In this document: positions 29,452-39,472 of the stretch, piece after piece
Numbering within the stretch: the stretch's first letter is position 1
Layout: every line of letters begins with the position of its first letter
From: a virus
Lineage: Duplodnaviria; Caudoviricetes
DNA: 63,912 bases
Virus record (IMG/VR): IMGVR_UViG_3300037484_000502
Location: 1 to 63,912 of that record
Strand: one strand, 5' to 3'
Notes under the pieces: generated by a model
The model's database searches: none
What the model saw: only the letters and a program-made list of their open reading frames with translations
What the model was told of the DNA's origin: nothing
Position numbers and translations under genes: made by a program

Positions 29452-30992
29452 CCAACCATCAAAACGATCTACTGACAGAATCCATCTTCGGAGTCGAAGG
29501 TCGGGATGGACGATCCAGAGTATCTCTTGCGGGCCTTCTAGCGCGCCTTGGACAAGGTGTTCCGACCGAGATGACGGCACTTATGTCGCATCAACAGCAC
29601 CCGTGGCACGCATTTGTAGTACAACTTGCGGCACTGGTTCTTGCTCGAAATGGGGACACTAGACTCGACCGATCGGAAATCGAGTGGTGTGACGCCTTGC
29701 GAAATCTGGCCGGTGGGGAAGAGGCATTCTCTCTTGTCGTCCCTGACCTGTCAAAGCCTGGATTCATGCAGTCCCCGGTTCCTGAGGGCTCCCTATCGGA
29801 TTGGAAGAAAGATCAGGTACACCACACGCCGGGTGAACTCGATGTAATCCCTACTGCGAGAAACCACGATGTGAAGATCGGCAGATTTAGTAGTCCTGCA
29901 CTTGAGCACTGGATCTACGCGCTTGTGTCCCTACAGACGAACGAAATGTTCATGGGCGCTAAGAATTGGGGTATTGCACGCATGAATGGTGGGACTTCAT
30001 CGCGCCCTTGTATCAGTGCTGCCAGAAGTAGCAACTTTGAAGTGCGGTTCACCCGTGACGTGACAACGTGGCTGCAAGAACGCGAGAGACTCGTTCGTGA
30101 ACGTGGTTACGATTCCGCTGGGATTGGACTCGTGTGGGCTGCCCCCTGGGATGGCGAACAGAGTCTGGCACCCTCGGACTTAGATCCTTTCTTCATAGAG
30201 GTATGTCGTAGAGTCCGATTTGTGTCGAATGGGTGTGGTGGATTACAAGCACACTATCGCCCTACTAACGTCTTACGAATCTCACCAATGGGGATGCCAA
30301 AGGCATACGGTGCAACGGGTGACATTTGGACTCCCCTTAAAACCAAAGATGGCGGTTCCCTGACTGTTTCCTCGAATGGTTTCGACTATAGAACTCTTTC
30401 AGACCTACTATTCAGTTCTGACTGGCGCCAAAGCCCCTCACAGATAGTACGAAAGGAAGACGGCCCTACCCCTGTACTGATTGCATGTGCGTTAGCGCGT
30501 AAGCAAGGTGGGACTGAGGGACTTCATGAGCGTGTCATCCCTATCCCAGAGAAAGCGAAGAGATGTTTTGCTTCCCCTGGGGATCGTGTGCAGATTGGCA
30601 AGGTGGCGAAGGACCGGGTCGCCCGCGTATTGAAGATGCGGGACGGTGTCCTCAAGCACGCACTCCTCGCTATAGTCCAAGGGGGCCCTACCAAGATCAA
30701 CTTCAAGGACAAGAGCGCCAAAGTCCATCTAGATGCCTTCGAGCAACGTATTGATGGCCTGTTCTTCGAGCACCTCTTTGATGCGATAGGTCTTGAACCA
30801 GAAGAGTCTGAATCCCTTTGGGATGCCCTTCTCCTCAAAGAGGCGAAAGACGTGAAGAAGCGTGCGGAGGGTACACTCACGATTCCTATCTCACGTCGGT
30901 ACAAGGCACTTGCCGCAGGGGACCGCACCTTTCTAGATTCGTCCAAGAAGCATAAGTTTTACCGGCCTGTTCCCGATACTGGAGCCAAATGA
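29448..30992 (+). CDS. cas8e: Cascade large subunit Cas8e/Cse1
   Basis: HQQHPWHAFVVQLA, NWGIARMNGG, LDPFFIEVCRRVR; position after cas3. Confidence 0.9.
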   Translation: MTNHQNDLLTESIFGVEGRDGRSRVSLAGLLARLGQGVPTEMTALMSHQQHPWHAFVVQLAALVLARNGDTRLDRSEIEWCDALRNLAGGEEAFSLVVPDLSKPGFMQSPVPEGSLSDWKKDQVHHTPGELDVIPTARNHDVKIGRFSSPALEHWIYALVSLQTNEMFMGAKNWGIARMNGGTSSRPCISAARSSNFEVRFTRDVTTWLQERERLVRERGYDSAGIGLVWAAPWDGEQSLAPSDLDPFFIEVCRRVRFVSNGCGGLQAHYRPTNVLRISPMGMPKAYGATGDIWTPLKTKDGGSLTVSSNGFDYRTLSDLLFSSDWRQSPSQIVRKEDGPTPVLIACALARKQGGTEGLHERVIPIPEKAKRCFASPGDRVQIGKVAKDRVARVLKMRDGVLKHALLAIVQGGPTKINFKDKSAKVHLDAFEQRIDGLFFEHLFDAIGLEPEESESLWDALLLKEAKDVKKRAEGTLTIPISRRYKALAAGDRTFLDSSKKHKFYRPVPDTGAK

Positions 30993-31543
30993 TGACTGAT
31001 TCGACAACTGAGTTGGTGGAACAACCACAAACTGAGCCCCCTTATCGTGAGCGTCTCTCATCGGCGGTCAACACAATCTCGATTGGGATGAGTCGTGGAT
31101 ACTCTCGGGGGGACGTTTCAGCACTTCGCCGTCTCAACTCAAAAAGTTGGGGGGCCCCCATCTTCTGGCACATTGTTACCCAAATACTTGAGCCTAATGG
31201 GCTAGTGTCCCCTGTGGGACACCGTGCACAAGAGGATGAGAGGCGCTGGGCTGTCCTGCTTGCCTCTATGGCCCTACTCCAGGGGCAGCACACACATCAA
31301 GTCCCCTTCGGTAAGGGGCTTGCTGTTGCTCAGGTGAGCCCACTTCGCGTCGAGCGCCTGTTACGTGCACATGGCAGTGCACTCCTCGATCTTGTCAAAT
31401 CCATGGCCCACCAACTATCCTCGAAAGGCGTAAAGTTCGACCAGGTGGGGTTGGTTGAGTTGGTGCTCTCAGACGGGGCCCCCTATGAAGAGAGCATCCG
31501 CCGATCAATTGCCCGAAGCTTCTACCGCATCGAAACACGCTAA
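30989..31543 (+). CDS. cas11: Cascade small subunit Cse2/Cas11
   Basis: GDVSALRRL, SPLRVERLL, RRSIARSFY. Confidence 0.9.
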   Translation: MMTDSTTELVEQPQTEPPYRERLSSAVNTISIGMSRGYSRGDVSALRRLNSKSWGAPIFWHIVTQILEPNGLVSPVGHRAQEDERRWAVLLASMALLQGQHTHQVPFGKGLAVAQVSPLRVERLLRAHGSALLDLVKSMAHQLSSKGVKFDQVGLVELVLSDGAPYEESIRRSIARSFYRIETR

Positions 31544-31574
31544 CAACCGAATCACAATGTACATGGATAACTCA

Positions 31575-32810
31575 ATGACCCTGACCCGTTTCCTTCAGAT
31601 CAACTGTCTCACATCGTACCCGGCGTCCCTCCTCAACAGGGATGACTCAGGATTTGCAAAGCGAATCCCGTTTGGTGGGACCACCAGAACTCGTTGCTCT
31701 TCACAGAGCCTCAAATACCACTGGCGGTCGCATGATGGGGAGTATGCGATCTCTGGTATCGAAGGCGTCGAACTCTCAGTCCGCTCACGGGTGACTTTCG
31801 AGAGTGAGGTGTTTGCGAAGCTTGTCGCTGAGGGGGTACCTGAGGTGCGGGCTGACGTGCTGACGAAGGCGCTTCTGGCACTGGTACTCGGAAAGAGTGA
31901 CAAGGCCGCACAGGAAGAGACGGACGAAGAGGACAAGCCCAAGAAGAGCAAGAAGAGCAAGAAGAGTGAACCTGAGTCCCGTGAGTCGATCCAAACGAAT
32001 CAGGTGACTGTTTTCGGCAGGCCCGAGCTGAGTTATCTGTTTGGGGAAGCCCTGAAGATTGCAACCACCCCCACCTTTGAGGCTCTTTTCAGTAGCCCCG
32101 AGAAGGTAAAGGAGGCCGTCAGTGGTGCTGTTGAGGCGCACTTCAAGTCGAAAGACCATAAGGCCAACCTCAAGGCTCTCAAGCTGGGTGCTGGTATCGA
32201 CGCAACGCTCTTTGGTCGAATGGTAACTGGGGACATCCTTGCGCGATGTGATGCGGCAATTCATGTCTCCCATGCCTTCACAGTCCACGAGGAAGCAACC
32301 GAGAGCGATTACTGGTCGGCAGTGGACACCTTGTCGGAAGCAGCGGGAAGTGCACACATCAATTCCAGTGAACTCACGACCGGTCTCTTCCACATCTACA
32401 TTTGTGTAGACATCCCCCTACTCGTTTCGAATCTGGGTGGTGACTTGGCGCTTGCAGGTGAAGTCCTTGCACGTCTGGTGCACACTGTCTCAACAGTGTC
32501 TATCGGTGCAAAGCTGGGATCAACAGCGCCACATACCTACGCACAAATGGTGCTCGTGGAAGCTGGTAACTCTCAACCCTGCACAATGGCAAATGCTTTC
32601 GCAAATGCTGTGAGCACCAACGGATCCCTGCTTGCAAATGCCTACGATGCACTCGCACGATTCGTAACTGACCTCGATGCGATGTACGGTTCGAAGAACA
32701 AGCGTGTGATCGCAATGATGGGGCCCCGAGAGAAGCTCGCAGGTGTGTTCCCGGCACCTGTAACTCTTGCGGAGGTTGCGGACTTTGCTCGCGCTGTGGT
32801 CTCCAAATGA
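31575..32810 (+). CDS. cas7: Cas7/Cse4 backbone subunit
   Basis: LLNRDDSGFAKRIPFGG..R.SSQSLK, LFGRM, ESDY.SAVD; start may be 31557 or 31563. Confidence 0.95.
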   Translation: MTLTRFLQINCLTSYPASLLNRDDSGFAKRIPFGGTTRTRCSSQSLKYHWRSHDGEYAISGIEGVELSVRSRVTFESEVFAKLVAEGVPEVRADVLTKALLALVLGKSDKAAQEETDEEDKPKKSKKSKKSEPESRESIQTNQVTVFGRPELSYLFGEALKIATTPTFEALFSSPEKVKEAVSGAVEAHFKSKDHKANLKALKLGAGIDATLFGRMVTGDILARCDAAIHVSHAFTVHEEATESDYWSAVDTLSEAAGSAHINSSELTTGLFHIYICVDIPLLVSNLGGDLALAGEVLARLVHTVSTVSIGAKLGSTAPHTYAQMVLVEAGNSQPCTMANAFANAVSTNGSLLANAYDALARFVTDLDAMYGSKNKRVIAMMGPREKLAGVFPAPVTLAEVADFARAVVSK

Positions 32811-33565
32811 TCGATGTCCTCGTGCTGCGATTTGAGGCCCCCCTTATGTCGTTTGGTGACGTTGCCATCGACAGTAAGAGGCCCACACGCATGTTTCCTA
32901 CCCAGTCCATGATCACAGGTCTGTGTGCCAATGCACTAGGACATGGGCACCATGAGCCGGATCGAACCGGTGCCTTGCAAGCAAGAATCCGTTTTGCTGC
33001 ACGGCGTGACCGTGAGGGGGAAATGCTGCGTGACTACCACACGGTAGATTTGGGTCAAAAGGACTCCCGTGGGGTGTATTGGATGGCAGACACAGGTTGG
33101 ACAACACACGGCGCCCCGGAGTGTCGTGGCGGGGACTCCAAAAACAGAATGGGGACACACCAACGTGAGCGGTTCTATCTGGCAGATGCCATCTACACTG
33201 TCGTGCTGGCTCTGTCCCCATCTGAATCTGAGGAGTCACCATCTCTTGAGTCCTTAGAAGCTGCATTACAGGAACCAGCTCGCCCTCTCTTCCTCGGACG
33301 GAAGACATGCATCCCCGCGTCCCCAATCCTTGTGGGTCGTACAAGCGCAAGCACCCTACTCTCAGCACTCTCTACAGCCCCACTCGCAAATAGGTCCACA
33401 ATCCGAGATGGCCGTGTCCTTGCGGAGTGGCCTGACGATGGGACTGAAACGGACATCTTGAAATCGCGTCGATCAGCAATCACTGATGAACGAGATTGGG
33501 CAAATCAGATCCATGTTGGCCGACGATTTGTACGTGAAGGAATGCTGACACTGGAGATGAAGTGA
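32807..33565 (+). CDS. cas5: Cas5e
   Basis: LRFEAPLMSFG, PTQSMITGL.ANALG, DYHTV, R.YLADA, LFLGRK.CIP. Confidence 0.95.
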   Translation: MIDVLVLRFEAPLMSFGDVAIDSKRPTRMFPTQSMITGLCANALGHGHHEPDRTGALQARIRFAARRDREGEMLRDYHTVDLGQKDSRGVYWMADTGWTTHGAPECRGGDSKNRMGTHQRERFYLADAIYTVVLALSPSESEESPSLESLEAALQEPARPLFLGRKTCIPASPILVGRTSASTLLSALSTAPLANRSTIRDGRVLAEWPDDGTETDILKSRRSAITDERDWANQIHVGRRFVREGMLTLEMK

Positions 33566-34239
33566 CCCCCCAATTGCACCTTGTCCGACTCGAACTGAAT
33601 CCCTCACGGGTTTTTGATTTTGGGGCGCACCTTCGTCTGCCTCAGGGTACAGACTTGGGCTATCTGGTGCACTGCCAATTAGGCACCCTCTTTGGAGAGT
33701 GCAGCCTCACACCATTTGTTATAGAGGACACCAAGAAATCCCGTAACATCATTGTGCAAGGATACAGCACGCGTAGTGGTGAAGAACTTCGAGAGTATGC
33801 TCAGACTTTCTCGGACCCCAGAGCCTTTGAGGCGTGTGATTGGACTACATTTGCAAGCAAACCCATGCCTATGGCTTCGGTGCTCAAGCATGGAATGCAA
33901 CTAGGTTTTGCCACACGAGTTCACCCAGTTAAGCGTACTAGATCGGGGGAAAGAACACTCTCAGAACAAGAATTGCCTGCGTGGGTTACAAGAGAACTCT
34001 CCCGTAATGGGGCAGCAACTCTCAACGTAGTCAAAGTGTCACCTATCCGACTTATCCCTATGACTCGGCGCACGCAGGGTGTTGATCGTCAGATTGTGTG
34101 TTGGGGTGGTCCTGAGGTTCACCTGGAGGGGGCCTTCACTGTCAGGGACCCTGAATCTTTCCAAATGTTGTTGTTACGAGGTGTGGGACGCCAACATGCG
34201 TTTGGATTTGGAATGCTTCGGTTGCGTTCTGCGCGATAG
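33562..34239 (+). CDS. cas6e: Cas6e/Cse3 crRNA endonuclease
   Basis: N-terminal His (GYLVHCQL) and C-terminal GVGRQHAFGFGML glycine loop. Confidence 0.93.
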   Translation: MTPQLHLVRLELNPSRVFDFGAHLRLPQGTDLGYLVHCQLGTLFGECSLTPFVIEDTKKSRNIIVQGYSTRSGEELREYAQTFSDPRAFEACDWTTFASKPMPMASVLKHGMQLGFATRVHPVKRTRSGERTLSEQELPAWVTRELSRNGAATLNVVKVSPIRLIPMTRRTQGVDRQIVCWGGPEVHLEGAFTVRDPESFQMLLLRGVGRQHAFGFGMLRLRSAR

Positions 34240-34289
34240 AATCCATCTCTGAAAACTGAATCGGAGCCCCTGCGACAACCTGTCGCAGA
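34240..34289 (+). promoter_or_regulatory. CRISPR leader 2 (50 nt)
   Basis: Conserved blocks 34242-34262 and 34270-34288 shared with leader 1. Confidence 0.85.
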
Positions 34290-36037
34290 GTATCCCCCGC
34301 GCAAGCGGGGATGAACCTCTTCCCAAGACCAGGTGATGCACACCTGACCGTATCCCCCGCGCAAGCGGGGATGAACCTCCTCGAACGGCCCCATCTCCAC
34401 CCTGAATGCCGTATCCCCCGCGCAAGCGGGGATGAACCTTCTCGATTAGTCTACGAAGTTCCGGGGCGCGAGTATCCCCCGCGCAAGCGGGGATGAACCC
34501 GACACGCTCCCGCCCTACCTCGGAAACCGAATGTATCCCCCGCGCAAGCGGGGATGAACCGATGCAGCGCTGCTATTTCCAGCACGCTAGGACGTATCCC
34601 CCGCGCAAGCGGGGATGAACCTACCTAAGTAATAGTTTTCTCTTAGGTGAAAAGGTATCCCCCGCGCAAGCGGGGATGAACCTCTTTATGAAGGCTTCAG
34701 CGAAGGACGAGAAGGGTATCCCCCGCGCAAGCGGGGATGAACCCTCGTAGGAATACGACAGGCGGGGTCTTGGCGAGTATCCCCCGCGCAAGCGGGGATG
34801 AACCCTCATTACAGCCTCTGTAACGGAGATTCCGAAGGTATCCCCCGCGCAAGCGGGGATGAACCCGTGACAAGGCGCTCTCCGTCCCCCATGCCGTCGT
34901 ATCCCCCGCGCAAGCGGGGATGAACCGCCACCTTTGTAGCCGCTAGGGTGGCCCACACGGTATCCCCCGCGCAAGCGGGGATGAACCTGCCACCACGTAC
35001 CTGTCATCTACCGGCAACATGTATCCCCCGCGCAAGCGGGGATGAACCTCCACTGTGACGACTTTGGAGATCATCTTGGCAGTATCCCCCGCGCAAGCGG
35101 GGATGAACCTGCCTGGGCACCGGCCCCCGTAGCATGGATGATGTATCCCCCGCGCAAGCGGGGATGAACCTCATCTCTCGTGTCCCTACCCAGACAGCAG
35201 TACGTATCCCCCGCGCAAGCGGGGATGAACCTCTATCTCGTAATCCAGCACGTCATCGGGGTCTGTATCCCCCGCGCAAGCGGGGATGAACCTGAGTGCT
35301 CTCCAAATTCAATACCTGGTGGACAGTATCCCCCGCGCAAGCGGGGATGAACCGTGAAGGAGCCCACGTATGAACGACTACAAGACGTATCCCCCGCGCA
35401 AGCGGGGATGAACCCTGAGATTCAATGCCGCAGAGCTGGCCTCCCTCGTATCCCCCGCGCAAGCGGGGATGGACCTCCCAGTGCCGCTCTCGAATCGCGT
35501 TGCGGACAGTATCCCCCGCGCAAGCGGGGATGGACCCGGAGGGGCACGTCGACCGATCTGATGCCGCTTGTATCCCCCGCGCAAGCGGGGATGGACCCCT
35601 GCGTTTGGCGCGTTCTGGTCGATCGAAGTTGTATCCCCCGCGTAAGCGGGGGATGGGCCGCGAGTCGATCATGCGGACGTAGTGGGCGGGTGTGTTTCTC
35701 GCGTATCCCCCGTGCAAACGGGGATGAACCCGACGGAGACCTTCCGGCGGTGCGGCCCAAGGATTATCCCCCGTGTGAACGGGGATGGACCTCCCACACA
35801 TCGTTAGGTTTATGCAACGTTGGAGTGTCTCCCCCGTGCGAACGGGGATGGGCCGCACTCTTCCAGCGTCATCATGGCGGCACCGCAGTATCCCCCGTGT
35901 AAGCGGGGATGAACCGTGTCCGACGCTTTCCGAACGTCTGTCGGAGAAGTATCCCCCGTGCGAACGGGGATGGACCCTTCACAGTCACCTACCAAACCAA
36001 TCTGATCACGTATCCCCCGTGCAAACGGGGATGGGCC
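34290..36037 (+). CRISPR. type I-E CRISPR array 2: 29 repeats / 28 spacers; repeat GTATCCCCCGCGCAAGCGGGGATGAACC
   Basis: 61-nt period; last 7 repeats degenerate; one 43-nt spacer (35660-35702). Confidence 0.98.
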
Positions 36038-36041
36038 CTGG

Positions 36042-39000
36042 TTAGGCCCGATCTTCACTGAACGAGAAAGTCCAAACCCCGGGAGTCAGGTATTCAACTC
36101 CCGTCGGGTCAATGTCTCGTTCACCAGTCTCAAGTCCCACGATGTATGTCGCCCAGTACGCATGATTGCTTGGTGCGTCTCCCACAGGCAGGGACACCAT
36201 CACCCTATTCTGTGTGATTGCCACGCGCCGGGCGGCAATCTCCGCCGGTGTCACGTACCCTTGGGAAATTAGTGTATTATCGTCACTATAGGCGGGGATC
36301 ACCACGCCTTCAGCCCCGATGATGTACGTGCGACCCGCAGCCTCCTGCAACTGCTCAGGCAGCGTCAGTTGCAAGGTGAGTTGCACATCGTCCTCGAACA
36401 CACCAACGAATGAGCCTGTGGGCCCGCCGCCAGTCGTTGTCGCCGCAGTCAGCTCTTGAGTTATGAGCCAGGTGCTTACGACAGCATCCGACCACTGATC
36501 TAGGCGGACGGTGTCTCCGATTTGCCCTGACGCCAAGTCATCCTTTGCCACGGTTGATCCGAAGGCACGCACAAGTGTCGTGAGTGGGAGCACCACGTAC
36601 GACACTCCCGAGCTGGAGTCCAACACGTTCACTACATCAGAGCGGCGAAGGGGGCTACCCATACGCAACCGTGAGAGAAGAAGCCCTAGATTTGTGCGCA
36701 GCGTAGCATCCACCGTGCTCTGCTGGAATCCCTTCTTGAGTACGCATGTCGCCGTCAGATCTACAGGAACGGGAATCCCGCCCTTCGCCAGCACATCTGC
36801 CGCTCCGTGCTTGGATCCATCAAGGGCCGTTTGCAGGGCGCTTGTGATCAAGTTGGTCTGGTAGGTGATGACAAAATTCTCGTCGTAGGAGTAGCTAATG
36901 AGAATCGTCTGGCCATCGGTGATTGCACTGCCGGATGTTCGCTTGATTCCCAGGGGGTTCGTCTGGTCACCGTCGGCAATAGAGTAATCTGGCGACACCG
37001 AGGTAAATGGATTGTTGTAGGTGACCGTGCCGTCTGCATTCTTCACGACGATGGTCATGGAGTCCGCGCCCAAGTGCAGCACGTACTCCGTGTAGTCGCC
37101 TACGATCACATGTTCTTCGTCCACGACCGAAAGGATCGCCCCCGTGGGTACGGAAAGTGCGGGGTCCGCGCTGCCCGTGATCTGAAGGTAGTCCCCAGCC
37201 TGCGTAGACCGCCCTAGGGCGAGGGGCGAGTTGGGATGGACCAAGGTCCAGGTAGAGGCGTCGAGCGTGCCGCTGGCCTCCCCCACGACCTGCGTTATGC
37301 TCTCTACGGGCTGGCGCGTGAGGACGAACTTCTCACCTGTCCGGTACCGGTAGTCTCCGAGGATTACGTCGGTCAATGTGGGAAGGCCAACGGGCTGTGG
37401 CACATCCAGAGAGAGTGCAATCGTGTTGTAGTTGAGGTACGTGACCCCCGACAGGTTGTAGACCATCGAAGTGGTGGCGTTCCGCAGCCCCAGACCGATG
37501 GCCGAGTAGTCGAGCATCTGGCTCAGGGGATTTGTTGCGGACAGGTCGGAGTCCAATGCCTGAAATTGATAAGCACTGGGGTCCCCCACCACCACGAACT
37601 GCACGTCCCGCTTGCGTACGAACGTGAAGGCGAAGGAGTCTGTTACCGTGGCGAGACGCTGGCCCTGGGACCACACGTCGACCTTGCCACCGATGTGCGT
37701 GGCACTCGCCACATCGTAGTCCCGCTGCATGAGGGGATTGCCAGCCTCTACGACCTGTGCCTGAATCAGGCCGGGTACCTTGGCAGCCGTCTGGAAGTAG
37801 CCACGCTGCGTGCCGGTGTCCACTGCGGAGAGTGCGCCTCTGGACTCCGCAGCGAGCTGTGCGTTAGTCTGTGCGTTAGTACCCCCGAAGAACTCGTTGT
37901 CATTGATGACGGAGAGGCCGAATGGTGCCCCAGAAGAGATCTGTCTGGCTCCAATGTTTCCCGAGCTGCCAGGGTTCACGGCCTGAGCCGGAACCGTGAT
38001 CGAATATTGCCCTGTGGATGGGTTGTAGAATGAAGCCAATCTCGAAAGTGGGATTTCCGCAATCCTAGACGATCGAAACGAGACACCTCCCCCTGAGAGT
38101 AGGGTTCCCAGTTGGGCTTGAAGCGTTGTCGTGGGCGTGGTCCCCGTGTAGAAGCGGGCCTCTCCGATTGCCCTTTGCCCGGGAGTGCGTGTCACCCCGA
38201 AGTTGGCAGCCAGCTTATCGAAGGCGCCGTCGATGACGGTTTGAACGAGGGCCGGATCCGAGAGATAAAGTGCCTTGCTCAAAGCAATCTTGTAGTTGGA
38301 GGACGCAGGCGCGAGGGATACACCGCTGCCTGAGGGATCATCGATCTCCAAGAGCGTATCAAAGGACGACGCCCGGTAGATGAAGTCCAACAGGAACCGG
38401 ATGCGTTCGGCCTCTGTCGAGAACGGATCTAGAACCGTGTCCCGAACGACGGCACCCGGCTGGACTGCAATGTCCTTGTCCTTGCGGTAGATGCTGGCCA
38501 CCGCGTTCTGTAAGATCTGTTGCCGGCTAACCGACGGCAGACTCTGCGTGCTCACCCTGATGTTGATAGGATTGGCAACGACCTCTTGAGAGAAACTAGA
38601 CTCATACTCAATCTGAGTGAGCGGATCGAAGTACACAGCGGTCGCCACGTAGTAGAGAGGCTCCGTAGAAGGAAGCACCGCGAATGCGCCCACAGGGATT
38701 GTAGAAGGTACAGAGGTGAGGTTGTACTTCCTGTTGTGTAGGAACTCGAAGTACTCGATCAACTCAAGAGAGGAAATCGAAATGTCCACCTGAACTTCGG
38801 TGACTGTCTCCGGAATTTGAACCGCAGAGTTGACGTCGGTCTCCAACGTAGCCTGGGTGGAATCCTCTTGAGTGATGAGCGCTCTCACGAAGAGGGGGTC
38901 TGCACCCTGTGCGACATTCTTGCTGGTCAGGTTGAAGAGAGAAACCGTGCTCTCTTTCGTTACGGGCACCGTCACCGAGATGGCATTGATTCTGGAGTAT

Positions 39001-39467
39001 CCTACGGTGCCTCCACCTGCGAAAGCGGAAGCGTAGAAGTTGTACCCCGTGATATCGGGGTCGCTCATCCCCTGGACAGAGACATTCACCGAGGAGTCGA
39101 ATCGCTCTACGGTGATAGCTGTAGGGGACTCAATCGATGAGACCGTTGAAGACGCAAGAAGGAAGGCGGTTGCCAGAACGGGAGCGGATGGGGTTCCACT
39201 GAGGGGGATAGACCGTACCTCGATCGTGTTCTCACCGGAGAACAGTTCCAACCCATTTGGGTAGGCAGTTGGGTTGGGCACGATCCAACCACTTGCAGAG
39301 AAAGAGATGAGAGATGGGTCCGTGGAGAATCCGCCCCCACGAATCGATACTTCAAGGTCCGCAGTATCCGTGTTGATCGTGCCGGTGAAGAAGCGCGTAG
39401 TTGAAGTGGTCGAAAAGGCCACCTCATCTGCGTATACCGAGTCAGGTCCGAGTACTTTGAGCGCCAT
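36042..39467 (-). CDS. baseplate J-like (gp6-type) wedge protein
   Basis: QPGAVVRD..DP, FDKLAANFGVTR..GQRA.G..RF, PGSSGNI, GG...QT..QL, GKVDVW. Confidence 0.85.
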   Translation of the reverse strand: MALKVLGPDSVYADEVAFSTTSTTRFFTGTINTDTADLEVSIRGGGFSTDPSLISFSASGWIVPNPTAYPNGLELFSGENTIEVRSIPLSGTPSAPVLATAFLLASSTVSSIESPTAITVERFDSSVNVSVQGMSDPDITGYNFYASAFAGGGTVGYSRINAISVTVPVTKESTVSLFNLTSKNVAQGADPLFVRALITQEDSTQATLETDVNSAVQIPETVTEVQVDISISSLELIEYFEFLHNRKYNLTSVPSTIPVGAFAVLPSTEPLYYVATAVYFDPLTQIEYESSFSQEVVANPINIRVSTQSLPSVSRQQILQNAVASIYRKDKDIAVQPGAVVRDTVLDPFSTEAERIRFLLDFIYRASSFDTLLEIDDPSGSGVSLAPASSNYKIALSKALYLSDPALVQTVIDGAFDKLAANFGVTRTPGQRAIGEARFYTGTTPTTTLQAQLGTLLSGGGVSFRSSRIAEIPLSRLASFYNPSTGQYSITVPAQAVNPGSSGNIGARQISSGAPFGLSVINDNEFFGGTNAQTNAQLAAESRGALSAVDTGTQRGYFQTAAKVPGLIQAQVVEAGNPLMQRDYDVASATHIGGKVDVWSQGQRLATVTDSFAFTFVRKRDVQFVVVGDPSAYQFQALDSDLSATNPLSQMLDYSAIGLGLRNATTSMVYNLSGVTYLNYNTIALSLDVPQPVGLPTLTDVILGDYRYRTGEKFVLTRQPVESITQVVGEASGTLDASTWTLVHPNSPLALGRSTQAGDYLQITGSADPALSVPTGAILSVVDEEHVIVGDYTEYVLHLGADSMTIVVKNADGTVTYNNPFTSVSPDYSIADGDQTNPLGIKRTSGSAITDGQTILISYSYDENFVITYQTNLITSALQTALDGSKHGAADVLAKGGIPVPVDLTATCVLKKGFQQSTVDATLRTNLGLLLSRLRMGSPLRRSDVVNVLDSSSGVSYVVLPLTTLVRAFGSTVAKDDLASGQIGDTVRLDQWSDAVVSTWLITQELTAATTTGGGPTGSFVGVFEDDVQLTLQLTLPEQLQEAAGRTYIIGAEGVVIPAYSDDNTLISQGYVTPAEIAARRVAITQNRVMVSLPVGDAPSNHAYWATYIVGLETGERDIDPTGVEYLTPGVWTFSFSEDRA

Positions 39468-39472
39468 GGTGA

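Noticed and set aside
34622-34654. Hairpin-like AT-rich spacer sharing ACCTAAGTAA with 60339-60348
   Set aside because: A 10-nt match is not enough to call targeting of the promoter
24040-36045. Target-site duplication or transposase for the CRISPR cassette (CAST-like)
   Set aside because: No direct repeat at the ends and no tns or transposase genes; Cas3 is intact
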